Of a DNA stretch of 64,000 nt, positions 27,413 through 37,921 are shown piece after piece. The first letter of the stretch is position 1, and each line of letters opens with the position of its first letter. Where the stretch lies: positions 21,374 through 85,373 of the forward strand of contig JAFZWV010000009.1 in NCBI GenBank assembly GCA_017617035.1. Direction: 5' to 3'. The position numbers were made by a program, and so were the translations under genes. This DNA comes from Bacteroidales bacterium (GTDB lineage: Bacteria > Bacteroidota > Bacteroidia > Bacteroidales > UBA932). Under the pieces are notes generated by a model. That model had not been told where the DNA came from. It saw only the letters and a program-made list of their open reading frames with translations, and ran no database searches.

Positions 27413-29335
27413 ATGGCAGAAGAGACGAAACAGGAAACCAGGAAGAGGGACAGGATCAGCTACGCGCTGTACCTGTACTACCTGCTGATGCTGCTCGTGG
27501 GGATATTCCTCGCGGGACGCTTCCTGTATCTCAAGATCTTCTGGAGACCGGACGCCGAGATTGCCCGCAAGCTTACGCAGCCTATCATGCGCGTTGACTT
27601 GGAGCCCACGAGGGGCAGCATCCTGGCCGTCGACGGCAGACCTATAGCCATGTCCTATCCGCGCTACCAGCTCTACATCGATCCCAATGTCCGAAAGGGC
27701 GAGTTCGATCTTCTCAAGAAGGACGCCCGCGCCGACAGCCTTCAGGCATGGAAAGAGCGCGCGGCGGGGTTCGCCGAGGGTCTGGCCATAGTATTCCCCA
27801 ACAGGACCGCGGACTACTTCCGCAAGCGCCTTTGGGACAAGCATGACTCCGGCAGCCGCTACCTCAAACTCGGCTGGCCCATCGAAAAGGAGCAGCTCGA
27901 ATTCCTCAAGCAGTACCCCTTGATCAAGGAAGGCCGCTACAAGGGCGGAGTCTGGATAGAGAACGTCCCGACCAGACGCTACCCTTACGGTTCGCTCGCA
28001 AAGCGCACGATAGGCAGCGTCACCGAGAACCGCGACGGTAGCTACTACAGCGGCATCGACGGTAAGTTCAACTACGTGCTCCACGGCGAGCGCGGCCGCT
28101 ACTACATGAAGAAGACCGACAACGGCTTCGTCCGCGACTACGACAGTACCTATGTAAAGGCGGTCGACGGCCTCGACATCCGCACCACCCTCAACATAGA
28201 CTACCAGGACATCGCCGACAAGCTCCTCCGGAAGTACGTCGAGCCTGAAGAAGACCTCGAAGCGGCATGCTTCGTATTGATGGACGTCAAGACGGGCGCG
28301 ATCAGGACCATGGTCAATCTCGCCAGGTCAGACGGCGGTACGGGCATGTTCGGAGAGAACGAGAACGTAGCGGTCATGCGCCGCGGCGAACCCGGTTCGG
28401 TCTTTAAGATCACGACCCTGATGACCTGCATCGAAGACGGCATCGTCACCTCGATAGACCAGACGGTCCCCGCCAGGGACGGCCTTGTCCAGGTCGACGG
28501 CTACCAGAAGCTCTACCCTGCCGACAAACACCTCAAGGACTATGCGGCGAAGTACCACACCTGGAACATCCCTCTGTGGTACTGCGTAAAGATATCCTCC
28601 AACAACGCCTTCCGCTACCTTGCGATCAAGAACTACAAAGACAAGCCGGAAGACTTCATCGCCAGGCTCCACTCCTACAACCTCGGCAAGTCGTTCGACT
28701 TCGACGTCTACGAGCCCATCACGACTCCGACTTTGAAGTTCCCCACAGACCCCAGTTGGTCCAAGACCGACCTCGGCCAAATGGGCATGGGTTACTCGGT
28801 TAGTGTAACTCCTATGCATATCCTGGCCTACTACAACGCCATCGCCAACGGAGGCAAGATGATGAAACCTTACCTGGTAGAGGACATAGAGAAGAATGGC
28901 AAGGTGGTCGAAAAGCTTGGCCCATCGGTACTCAACTCCAGCATCTGCAAACCGGAGACTGCGAAGATGGTTACCGAAGCCCTGTGCAACGTCACCGTCA
29001 ACGACGACGACACGAAGATGAGGGGTACCGCATGGAGACTTTCCTTCATGGCAGACAAATGTAAGGTTGCCGGAAAGACTGGAACCGCCGACGTGTTCAC
29101 GAACGGCAAATACGTCCAGGCAAACGGCGCGCGTAAGCAGCAAGGAACTTTTGTAGGCTTCTTCCCTGCCGAGGACCCGCAGTACTCGGTCATCTGCGTC
29201 GTCTTCTCGAAGATATCGAAGAAAGAATTCGCCGGAGGAGTCATACCCGCCAGCGTAGTAAGAGACTTTATAAAGGAAATATACAATATAGATCCATACT
29301 GGAATGAAACTGTCGAAGCTGCTCCAAGGTCTTAA
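27413..29335 (+). CDS. ftsI: Class B penicillin-binding protein FtsI
   Basis: N-terminal transmembrane segment, RGSI, RRYPYG, SVFK, SSN and KTGT motifs. Confidence 0.9.
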   Translation: MAEETKQETRKRDRISYALYLYYLLMLLVGIFLAGRFLYLKIFWRPDAEIARKLTQPIMRVDLEPTRGSILAVDGRPIAMSYPRYQLYIDPNVRKGEFDLLKKDARADSLQAWKERAAGFAEGLAIVFPNRTADYFRKRLWDKHDSGSRYLKLGWPIEKEQLEFLKQYPLIKEGRYKGGVWIENVPTRRYPYGSLAKRTIGSVTENRDGSYYSGIDGKFNYVLHGERGRYYMKKTDNGFVRDYDSTYVKAVDGLDIRTTLNIDYQDIADKLLRKYVEPEEDLEAACFVLMDVKTGAIRTMVNLARSDGGTGMFGENENVAVMRRGEPGSVFKITTLMTCIEDGIVTSIDQTVPARDGLVQVDGYQKLYPADKHLKDYAAKYHTWNIPLWYCVKISSNNAFRYLAIKNYKDKPEDFIARLHSYNLGKSFDFDVYEPITTPTLKFPTDPSWSKTDLGQMGMGYSVSVTPMHILAYYNAIANGGKMMKPYLVEDIEKNGKVVEKLGPSVLNSSICKPETAKMVTEALCNVTVNDDDTKMRGTAWRLSFMADKCKVAGKTGTADVFTNGKYVQANGARKQQGTFVGFFPAEDPQYSVICVVFSKISKKEFAGGVIPASVVRDFIKEIYNIDPYWNETVEAAPRS

Positions 29336-30704
29336 CGCCGAAATTCTCGCCGGCTCAGCCGCGACCGAGATAACGAGCGTCTGCTGTGACTCGCGCAAAG
29401 CCACTGCAGGCTCGCTGTTTATCGCCGTAAGCGGCACCGCCGTCGACGGTCGGGAGTTCGTGAAGGACGCGCTCGCCAAAGGCGCTGCGGCTGCGGTAGC
29501 GACCGACCGCGCCGGCCTGGCCGCTCTAGCCGACCGATTCTACGAGCACCCGTCGGGCCAGCTCAAACTCGTCGGCATCACCGGCACTAACGGCAAGACC
29601 ACTACCGTGACCCTGCTTTACAACCTGTTCAGGGCCATGGGCTATGAGTGCGGACTGCTTTCGACCATCGCCAACTATGTAGGTTCCTATCGCGAGGAAG
29701 CAATCAATACCACGGCCGATCCCGTCACCATCAACTCTCTTATGCGCAAGATGGTCGACGCCGGCTGCGAATACTGTTTCATGGAGGTCAGCTCCATCGG
29801 TGTCGAGCAGCACAGAACCGACTGCCTCGACTTCAATGTCGGGATATTTTCGAACCTGACCCACGACCACCTCGACTACCACAAAACGGTGGCCGAGTAC
29901 CTCCGCTGCAAGAAACTCTTCTTCGACAACCTGCCCAAGGGTTCGACCGCCATCACCAATATCGACGACAAACACGGAATGGTGATGGTCCAGAACACCA
30001 AGGCAAACATAGTGACATACTCCACCCGCAGCGGCGCGGACCACACCGCCAGAATCATGGAGCAGAGCATAGACGGCATGCTCCTGAAAATAGACGGAAC
30101 CGAAGTGTGGACACGCCTGGTGGGTGAACACAACGCATACAACATTCTCGCTATCTACAGTGCGGCGCTTGCGCTCGGCTCGGACAAAGAGCAAACCCTT
30201 GTCGGGATAAGCAAGCTCCAATCGGCCCCCGGGCGTCTCGAGACGCTGCGCGGGCCACAGGGGAAAACGGTGGTTATTGACTACGCCCATACCCCTGATG
30301 CACTGGAGAATGTCCTCAAGACACTCCGTCAGGTTGAGCCGGGACGCGAGCTCGTCTGCCTGTTCGGCTGTGGCGGGGACCGCGACCGTACGAAGCGGCC
30401 CGAGATGGCTGCGATAGCGGAAAAGTATGCCGACAAGATCTTCGTGACTTCGGACAACAGCCGTTCGGAGAAGACCGAAGACATCATGGCTGAAATCTGC
30501 ACGGGCTTTACGCCCAAGGGCAGGCTCAAGGCCATTTGTATTGCAGACAGGTCCGAGGCGATCAAAGCCGCCATCGCCATGTCCCAGAGCCCTTCGACCA
30601 TCCTGCTCGCAGGCAAGGGCCACGAAACCTATCAGATTGAAGCTACTGGCAAAGTCCACTTCGACGAGCACGAAGTGGTAGCCGAAATATTCAAACAAAT
30701 CTAA
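29304..30704 (+). CDS. murE: UDP-MurNAc-tripeptide ligase MurE
   Basis: GITGTNGKTT, MEVSS, DHLDYH, DYAHTPDAL and AGKGHE. Confidence 0.95.
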   Translation: MKLSKLLQGLNAEILAGSAATEITSVCCDSRKATAGSLFIAVSGTAVDGREFVKDALAKGAAAAVATDRAGLAALADRFYEHPSGQLKLVGITGTNGKTTTVTLLYNLFRAMGYECGLLSTIANYVGSYREEAINTTADPVTINSLMRKMVDAGCEYCFMEVSSIGVEQHRTDCLDFNVGIFSNLTHDHLDYHKTVAEYLRCKKLFFDNLPKGSTAITNIDDKHGMVMVQNTKANIVTYSTRSGADHTARIMEQSIDGMLLKIDGTEVWTRLVGEHNAYNILAIYSAALALGSDKEQTLVGISKLQSAPGRLETLRGPQGKTVVIDYAHTPDALENVLKTLRQVEPGRELVCLFGCGGDRDRTKRPEMAAIAEKYADKIFVTSDNSRSEKTEDIMAEICTGFTPKGRLKAICIADRSEAIKAAIAMSQSPSTILLAGKGHETYQIEATGKVHFDEHEVVAEIFKQI

Positions 30705-30708
30705 ACCG

Positions 30709-31959
30709 ATGCTGTACTACCTCTTTGAACTGTTAAAGAAATACGATATTCCCGGACAGGGACTGATGACCTACTTCTCGTTCAGGGCCATCCTCGCCAA
30801 TGTCGTAGCCATCCTGGTCGCTTACTTCTTCGGAAAGCGAGTAATCAAGTGGCTCCAGCGCAAGCAGATTGGCGAGACCGTCAGGAACCTTGGCCTCGAA
30901 GGCCAGATGAGCAAGGCGGGCACCCCGACCATGGGCGGAGTCATCATAATCGTGGCCCTGCTGGTGGCGGTCCTGCTCGTGTGCGACCTGTCCAACGTCT
31001 ATGTCCAGCTGCTCATCCTCACTACCGTGTGGTGTGGCGGCCTGGGCTTTGCCGACGACTACATCAAGGTCTTCAAGCACGACAAGAACGGTCTTAGCGA
31101 AGGCAAGAAACTCATCGGCCAGTTCATCCTGGGTATCATCATCGCAGGCACGGTATGCTTCAGCCCGAACATCGTCGTCCGCCAGGAAGTCGAGCAGGTC
31201 GCAACAGAGCAGACCATCGAGGACGGCACCCCTACGGGTACTGTCGACCATGGCCGTTATGTCAGCGAAGACGTCATCAAGAGCACCAAGACCACCATCC
31301 CGTTCGTGAAGAGCCATGAGTTCGACTACAAGTACCTCATCCCCTTCAAGGGCGCGTTCGGCTGGTACTGCCGCTGGGCCCTGTATGCCCTGGTGATTAT
31401 CTTCATCATCCTGGCATGCTCGAACGGTGCCAACCTTACCGACGGCATGGACGGCCTGTCGGCAGGCACATCGGCTATAGTCGGAGTGGTCATAGGTATA
31501 CTCGCATGGCTGGGCGGCAACGTCATCGATGCGGGCTACCTCAACATCATGTACATACCGGGCTCAGGCGAGACGGCCGTGTTCATGGCGGCTTTCGTCG
31601 GCGCGCTCGTGGGCTTCCTCTGGTTCAACACCTTCCCCGCCCAGGTGTTCATGGGCGATACGGGAAGTCTGATGATAGGTGGAGTTATCGGCGTAAGCGC
31701 AGTGCTCATCCGAAAAGAACTGCTTCTGCCCATCCTCTGCGGCATCTTCCTTATGGAAAGCCTTTCGGTTATACTCCAGAGGGGGCATTTCAGATATACT
31801 AAACGCAAGTACGGAGAGGGCCGCAGGCTGTTCCTGATGGCTCCGCTCCATCACCATTTCCAGAAGCAGAGCATACCCGAGCCGCGCATTGTAGTGCGTT
31901 TCTGGCTCGTCGGTATCGTTCTGGCTGTTGGCACTCTGGCTCTCTTAAAGATAAGGTAG
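30709..31959 (+). CDS. mraY: Phospho-MurNAc-pentapeptide transferase
   Basis: GTPTMGG, DDYIK, NLTDGMDGL, FMGDTGS and MAPLHHHF. Confidence 0.96.
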   Translation: MLYYLFELLKKYDIPGQGLMTYFSFRAILANVVAILVAYFFGKRVIKWLQRKQIGETVRNLGLEGQMSKAGTPTMGGVIIIVALLVAVLLVCDLSNVYVQLLILTTVWCGGLGFADDYIKVFKHDKNGLSEGKKLIGQFILGIIIAGTVCFSPNIVVRQEVEQVATEQTIEDGTPTGTVDHGRYVSEDVIKSTKTTIPFVKSHEFDYKYLIPFKGAFGWYCRWALYALVIIFIILACSNGANLTDGMDGLSAGTSAIVGVVIGILAWLGGNVIDAGYLNIMYIPGSGETAVFMAAFVGALVGFLWFNTFPAQVFMGDTGSLMIGGVIGVSAVLIRKELLLPILCGIFLMESLSVILQRGHFRYTKRKYGEGRRLFLMAPLHHHFQKQSIPEPRIVVRFWLVGIVLAVGTLALLKIR

Positions 31960-31963
31960 GGAT

Positions 31964-33304
31964 ATGGGAAGAATCGTTGTACTCGGAGGAGCTGAAAGCG
32001 GTGTAGGCGCCGCGGTCCTCGCAAAAGTCAAGGGATTTGAGGTCTTTCTTTCCGACAACGGAAAGTTGAAAGACGAATACAAGGCGCTGCTGGACAACTG
32101 GCAGGTCGCCTATGAAGAAGGCGGCCATACCCCGGAGAAAATCCTGAATGCCGACGAGGTCGTCAAGAGCCCCGGCATCCCGGAGACAGTGCCCATGGTC
32201 AAGGCCCTTCGCGAAAAGGGCATCCATGTCGTATCAGAGATCGAATTCGCGGCCCGTTACGACAACGCGAAGAAGATTTGCATCACCGGCTCGAACGGTA
32301 AGACCACTACCACCTCTATCATATATTATCTATTGAAAGAGGCGGGCCTCAACGTTGGTCTGGGCGGCAACATCGGAAAGAGCTACGCCCTTCAGGTTGC
32401 AACCGAGCAGCACGACTACTACGTTCTGGAAATAAGCAGTTTCCAGCTCGACGGCTGCTACGACTTCAGGCCGGACATCGCGATCATCACCAACATCACT
32501 CCCGACCATCTCGACCGCTACGACTACAATATGGAGAACTACGTGCGCTCGAAGTTCCGCATCACGCGCAACCTCAGGCCCGAAGACTGCTTCATATTCG
32601 ACTCGGACGACAAGATTACGATCGACCATCTTAGCAAGATAGTCCTTCAGGCCAGGATGCTGCCCATGTCGCAGACCCACGAAGTCGAGCAGGGTGCATA
32701 CCTCGAAGGCCAGAAGATAGTGATGCGCTACGGCGACGACGAAAGCGAGATTTATCTCAGCGAACTCGCCCTCGGCGGAAAGCACAATATCTACAACTCG
32801 ATGGCGGCCGCCCTTGCAGCCAAGGCCGCGGGTATAAGGAACGATGTCATCAGGAAGAGCCTTAAGACCTTCCAGCCCATCGAGCACAGACTCGAGCCGG
32901 TTCTGGAAGTCAAAGATGTGCTCTACATCAACGATAGCAAGGCGACCAACGTAGACGCTGCGTGGTATGCGCTGGACTGCCAGACAAAGCCTGTGGTCTG
33001 GATAGTCGGCGGCACCGACAAGGGCAACGACTACGAAGTCCTTAAACCTCTCGTCAAGGAGAAGGTCAGGGCTATCGTCTGCATGGGCATAGACAACAAG
33101 AAATTCCACGAAGCCTTCGAGGAGATAGTCGGCGCCGATAAGATGGTCGACACCCTTTCGGCAGAAGAGGCAGTGAAGGCATCAGCAGCGTTTGCGGAGG
33201 CGGGAGATGTCGTTCTCCTGAGCCCCTGCTGCGCGAGCTTCGATCTGTTCACCTGCTACGAAGACCGTGGAGAAAAGTTCAAGGACGCTGTAAGGAATCT
33301 GTAG
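31964..33304 (+). CDS. murD: MurD ligase
   Basis: KSPGI, ITGSNGKTTT, EISSFQL, NDSKATN and SPCCASFD. Confidence 0.95.
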   Translation: MGRIVVLGGAESGVGAAVLAKVKGFEVFLSDNGKLKDEYKALLDNWQVAYEEGGHTPEKILNADEVVKSPGIPETVPMVKALREKGIHVVSEIEFAARYDNAKKICITGSNGKTTTTSIIYYLLKEAGLNVGLGGNIGKSYALQVATEQHDYYVLEISSFQLDGCYDFRPDIAIITNITPDHLDRYDYNMENYVRSKFRITRNLRPEDCFIFDSDDKITIDHLSKIVLQARMLPMSQTHEVEQGAYLEGQKIVMRYGDDESEIYLSELALGGKHNIYNSMAAALAAKAAGIRNDVIRKSLKTFQPIEHRLEPVLEVKDVLYINDSKATNVDAAWYALDCQTKPVVWIVGGTDKGNDYEVLKPLVKEKVRAIVCMGIDNKKFHEAFEEIVGADKMVDTLSAEEAVKASAAFAEAGDVVLLSPCCASFDLFTCYEDRGEKFKDAVRNL

Positions 33305-33305
33305 T

Positions 33306-34724
33306 ATGAGCGGCAAGGGAAAGAAAGTCTGGAACTTCATTGAGAATTTCGCCGGCGATAAGGTGGTGTTGATCATCGTACTGATGCTCATCCTTTTCTC
33401 TATCGTGTGCATCTTCTCAAGTTCCTCACGTCTTATCACCGCTAATACCGACAGAATAGACATAGTCAAGGACCACTTGTTCATAGTAGCTCTTGGACTG
33501 GCCTTCATCTTTATCTGTTACCAGATACGCAGCATTGAGTTCTTCCGTAAGGTATCCAGCCTGGGCTTTTTCGTAGCTTTCGGTTTCCTGTTCCTGCTAG
33601 TGATAGGAGGAGTAGGCAATTTCATCACGGCTCCGGAAATCAACGGCGCGGTCCGCTTCCTTAAAGTGAAGGGAATCCAGGTCCATGTCTTCGAGATCGC
33701 GAAGGTGGCGATGATCATGTACATCGCATGGGCGGTTGACGCACTGAAACGCGACAATTTCAAGCTGCTCGACAAACTCTCCGAACTCGACCACATGCAC
33801 TGGGTAAAGAATAGATTGACAAAAAAGATAATCTTCCTTTACCTTCCTGCTATCATAGTCATGCTGATGGTTATGAAGGGCTCCAACACCGCCGCCCTCA
33901 TGATAGGCCTGGTGATGATACTCACCATCGCTATCGGTACTGGCGAAATCAAGGAGATTTTCATAGCCGGCGCCGCTGCGGTGATGCTATTCGTAGCCGC
34001 TTTCGGCATGTATAGCATTACGAAGAATTCCGAGCATGTAATGTTCCAGCGTATTGGCCTGTTCGCTACTCGTCTGGGCCACCACAACTATGTAAAGGAA
34101 TACCACGAAGCGGCGAACGATCTGGCCGCAAGGCAGAAGGCCCTCGACAAACTCCGCCAGCCCTACAGCGCGAAGATCGCGATTCAGCAGGGCGGCTTCA
34201 TCGGAAAGGGCCCGGGCCAGAGCACACAGCGTTACGTAGTACCCGATATGTCGGAGGACTACATGTTCAGTTTCATTCTTGAAGAGTATGGCTGGCTGGG
34301 AGGCATGGCTGTTATGATCCTGTATATATCGCTCATTGCGCGAGGGGTGCTGATAGTGAAAAACTGCGGCACCAACCTCTTTGCAAAATGTGCGGTGATG
34401 GGACTTGTGCTGCTGATTTCCGGCCAGGCTATGATTCATATCATAGTGAATGCCGACGTTGGACTGCTGACCGGGCAGACCCTGCCCCTTTTAAGCCATG
34501 GTGCGTCGGCGTTCATATGCTTCTGCATAGCATTCGGAATCATACTTTCCATCAGCCGTATCTCGAACCGCAAGATAGAAACGGAGACGAAGAAGGCGAC
34601 GCCGCTTATCGATCTCCACGACACGGTAGAAGCATCACTTGCCGACCTCGATTCGTTCGACAGCGGCGAATACGATACTATTGAAGAAACCGACGAAAAC
34701 GAAGATTTTTATGACACAATATAG
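33306..34724 (+). CDS. ftsW: SEDS family peptidoglycan polymerase FtsW
   Basis: Multiple transmembrane segments, INGAVRF, GKGPGQS, EEYG and TGQTLPLLSHG; dcw position. Confidence 0.88.
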   Translation: MSGKGKKVWNFIENFAGDKVVLIIVLMLILFSIVCIFSSSSRLITANTDRIDIVKDHLFIVALGLAFIFICYQIRSIEFFRKVSSLGFFVAFGFLFLLVIGGVGNFITAPEINGAVRFLKVKGIQVHVFEIAKVAMIMYIAWAVDALKRDNFKLLDKLSELDHMHWVKNRLTKKIIFLYLPAIIVMLMVMKGSNTAALMIGLVMILTIAIGTGEIKEIFIAGAAAVMLFVAAFGMYSITKNSEHVMFQRIGLFATRLGHHNYVKEYHEAANDLAARQKALDKLRQPYSAKIAIQQGGFIGKGPGQSTQRYVVPDMSEDYMFSFILEEYGWLGGMAVMILYISLIARGVLIVKNCGTNLFAKCAVMGLVLLISGQAMIHIIVNADVGLLTGQTLPLLSHGASAFICFCIAFGIILSISRISNRKIETETKKATPLIDLHDTVEASLADLDSFDSGEYDTIEETDENEDFYDTI

Positions 34725-35838
34725 GAAACTTCGGGTTATTATCAGCGGAGGCGGAACCGGGGGCCACATCTTCCCCGCCATCTCCATCGCGAACCGTTTC
34801 AAGGAAGTAAACCCTGAGACGGAGATCCTCTTTGTGGGGGCAAACGGCAAGATGGAAATGGAAAAAGTCCCCGCTGCAGGCTACAAGATAGTAGGCCTTC
34901 CCATCTGCGGTCTTCAGCGTCGTCTTACGCTGAAAAACATCTGGAACGACATCCAGGTGCCCTTCAAGATTGTGGTTAGCAATGCCCGGGCGCGCAAACT
35001 CGTAAAGAGTTTCAAGCCCGACATAGCTGTCGGAGTGGGCGGCTACGCCAGCGCTCCCCTGCTCTTCGCGGCGACACGCCTCGGCGTGCCCTCGCTCATC
35101 CAGGAGCAGAACGGCTTCGCCGGCCTTACCAACAAGATGCTGGGCGACAAAGTCGGATGCATCTGCGTGGCATACGAAGGGATGGAGAAGTTCTTCCCCG
35201 CCGACAAGATAGTGATGACAGGAAATCCTATACGTTCTGTCATCAAAAAGGCGACACCCGAGATGAGGGCTGAAGCTCTGAAGCACTACGGGCTCGATTC
35301 GAAGCGTAAACAATTGCTTGTCATCGGCGGAAGCCTTGGATGCGGCACCCTCAACAGGTGCATGAAAAAATGGATAGAGGCTGGCTGCCCTGGCGGCGAA
35401 GATGTCGAGGTGATATGGCAGTGCGGCAAGTACTACGAGCCGGATGTCAAGGCATTCATGGAAGGACGCGAGCTTCCGCATATCCACTGGAGCGCGTTCA
35501 TCGACAGGATGGACCTCGCATACGCGGCGGCCGACCTTATCGTTTCGCGCTCGGGTGCATCGAGCGTCTCGGAGATATGCGTGGCCGGCAAGCCGTGCAT
35601 TTTCGTCCCGTCGCCGAATGTGGCCGAAGACCATCAGACCCATAACGCCATGGCGCTGGTACGCAAGGACGCCGGGCTTATAGTGAAGGATGCGGAGGCC
35701 GGGGCCGAGCTTATGCCGCTCGCGATGGAAGTCATCCACGACGAGGGCAGGCTCGAGGCCGTAGGAGCGAACGCCGAGGCAATGGCACTGCCGAACGCGG
35801 CCGCGATTATAGTAGACGAAGCTTACAATTTGGTATGA
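34711..35838 (+). CDS. murG: MurG glycosyltransferase
   Basis: GGGTGGHIFP, GGYAS, QEQN, GGSLG, SRSGA and HQTHNA. Confidence 0.95.
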   Translation: MTQYRKLRVIISGGGTGGHIFPAISIANRFKEVNPETEILFVGANGKMEMEKVPAAGYKIVGLPICGLQRRLTLKNIWNDIQVPFKIVVSNARARKLVKSFKPDIAVGVGGYASAPLLFAATRLGVPSLIQEQNGFAGLTNKMLGDKVGCICVAYEGMEKFFPADKIVMTGNPIRSVIKKATPEMRAEALKHYGLDSKRKQLLVIGGSLGCGTLNRCMKKWIEAGCPGGEDVEVIWQCGKYYEPDVKAFMEGRELPHIHWSAFIDRMDLAYAAADLIVSRSGASSVSEICVAGKPCIFVPSPNVAEDHQTHNAMALVRKDAGLIVKDAEAGAELMPLAMEVIHDEGRLEAVGANAEAMALPNAAAIIVDEAYNLV

Positions 35839-37184
35839 AAAAAGTTTACTTCATAGGTATCGGTGGCATAGGCATGAGCGCCCTTGCCCGTTGGTTCAAG
35901 TTCAAAGGTTACGCGGTGGCCGGATATGACAAGACCCCCAGCGACCTGACCCGTGAGCTTGAGGCCGAGGGCATCCCCGTCCATTACGAGGACAAGCCGG
36001 AGCTCATCCCTACCGATATCGAGAACACGCTGGTAGTGTACACGCCCGCCATCCCCGACGATCTGGGCGAGCTGCAGGCTGTACGCGCAGGCGGCTACAA
36101 TGTCGTGAAACGCTCGCAGATCCTGGGCGAGATCACGGCCGGGCAGAAGTGCCTTGCGGTAGCCGGCACCCATGGAAAGACCACGACCTCGACCCTGGTC
36201 GCGCATATCCTCACCGACAGCGGCGAGGGCTGCTCGGCCTTCCTGGGCGGTGTGTCGCGCAACTATGGGACGAACATGCTGATGAGCCACAACCCTGTAG
36301 CGGTGGCCGAGGCGGACGAATTCGACCGGTCGTTCCTGAGGCTGCACCCAGCGATAGCGGCGATTACAGCGATGGACGCCGACCATCTCGACATATATGG
36401 CGACCTGGCCCATGTCCAGGAGGCCTACCGCCAGTTCGCGTCGCAGGTCAGCGAGGTGCTGGTCTACAAGCTCGGGCTGCCGCTCGCGCCGGACGTAACT
36501 TCCGCCCGCATGCTGACTTACGCGTTTGACGATGAGCGCGCGGACTTCCATGCCGCCAACCTGAGGCTCGGGGCCGACGGCCATTATACCTTCGACCTGG
36601 TGCATCCCGACGGGGTCATCCGGGACATCCGCACCGGCACGCTTGGCGCGCTGAATGTCGAGAACGCGGTCGCGGCGGCGGCGATTTGCCTTTGCCATGG
36701 AACCGAGCCGGACGCTATCCGCAAGGCCATCGGCAGCTATCTGGGGGCCCATCGCAGGCTCGAGGAGCATGTCAACACGCCGGGGCTTACTTTCTTGGAT
36801 GACTATGCCCATCATCCGGCGGAGCTCGAGGCGTCGATCCGGACTATCAAGACCATCTTCCCGGGGCGCAAGTTCACGGCGGTGTTCCAGCCCCACCTTT
36901 ATACTCGCACGCGCGATTTCGCGCCCGAGTTCGCACGCGCGTTGAGTCTGTGCGACGAGGTGGTGCTGCTCGATATCTACCCCGCCCGCGAGGAACCGAT
37001 TCCTGGGGTGACGTCGGAGATTATTTATAATGCTGTAACCGCGCCTTCGAAGGTTTTGCTGGGCTACGGCGAGCTTTGCGACTGGGTCGCTGGCCATGAT
37101 GTCAACGTTCTCGTTACTTTCGGTGCGGGAAATATTGACAGGCTGGTCGAGCCTATCGCCGAAATATTGAGGAAACGCTTATGA
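35835..37184 (+). CDS. murC: MurC ligase
   Basis: FIGIGGIGMS, GTHGKTTT, EADEFD, DDYAHHP and FQPHLYTR. Confidence 0.96.
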   Translation: MKKVYFIGIGGIGMSALARWFKFKGYAVAGYDKTPSDLTRELEAEGIPVHYEDKPELIPTDIENTLVVYTPAIPDDLGELQAVRAGGYNVVKRSQILGEITAGQKCLAVAGTHGKTTTSTLVAHILTDSGEGCSAFLGGVSRNYGTNMLMSHNPVAVAEADEFDRSFLRLHPAIAAITAMDADHLDIYGDLAHVQEAYRQFASQVSEVLVYKLGLPLAPDVTSARMLTYAFDDERADFHAANLRLGADGHYTFDLVHPDGVIRDIRTGTLGALNVENAVAAAAICLCHGTEPDAIRKAIGSYLGAHRRLEEHVNTPGLTFLDDYAHHPAELEASIRTIKTIFPGRKFTAVFQPHLYTRTRDFAPEFARALSLCDEVVLLDIYPAREEPIPGVTSEIIYNAVTAPSKVLLGYGELCDWVAGHDVNVLVTFGAGNIDRLVEPIAEILRKRL

Positions 37185-37921
37185 AAAAGGCCGCTTCGAT
37201 CATAATGACCGTGCTGTTCTTCCTGGTGTTCTTCGCCGGGATGGGGGTGCTGCTTTATGTGTCGAAGGCGGAGCGCCATGGCATCTCCTGCAAGGAGCTG
37301 CAGGTGAGCGTGCCCGGGCCGCATCAGTTCGTAAGCGAAGACGAAGCGCGCTACTGGATAGATACTTTCTATGGTATCTATGTCGGGCAGAGGCTGGAGG
37401 ATGTCGGGTTGGAGAGCATAGAGAAGATGCTGGAGACCAAGCCCGCCGTCCGCAAGGCCGAAGTGTGGATTACCGACGACGGTGTGCTGCATGCTCTCGT
37501 CTTGCAGCGCGACCCCGTGTTGCGCTTCGACTACAAGGGCAACGGCTATTACACCGACCATGAAGGGAATATCTTCCCTCTGAGCGGCGACTATGTAGCC
37601 GATGTGCCGGTGATTTCATGCGATCCAAAACTGGGCTTCGACTCGGAGTGGCTCGCTAAGGCTATCGCTCTGGTGCGCAAGATTTCGGGCAGCAGCGTAT
37701 GGAGCAAACGCATCGAGGGTTATGCGGTCGACCGCAACGGAGACTTCGTCCTCCTTGGAGATGGGCTAAAGATAGTGTATGGAGATTTCGAAGAGAGTGC
37801 CCGTAAGTTTGCGGCGATGGAGAAGTATTATTCAGGGATAGCTCCTCTCCATGCAAGCGATCCCTATCATTCAGTGAACGTAAAATACAAAGGTCAAATA
37901 ATATGCAGGAAAGATTTATAG
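37181..37921 (+). CDS. ftsQ: Cell division protein FtsQ
   Basis: Transmembrane segment plus POTRA-like region, QRDPVLR, C-terminal VKYKGQIIC; between murC and ftsA. Confidence 0.78.
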   Translation: MKKAASIIMTVLFFLVFFAGMGVLLYVSKAERHGISCKELQVSVPGPHQFVSEDEARYWIDTFYGIYVGQRLEDVGLESIEKMLETKPAVRKAEVWITDDGVLHALVLQRDPVLRFDYKGNGYYTDHEGNIFPLSGDYVADVPVISCDPKLGFDSEWLAKAIALVRKISGSSVWSKRIEGYAVDRNGDFVLLGDGLKIVYGDFEESARKFAAMEKYYSGIAPLHASDPYHSVNVKYKGQIICRKDL

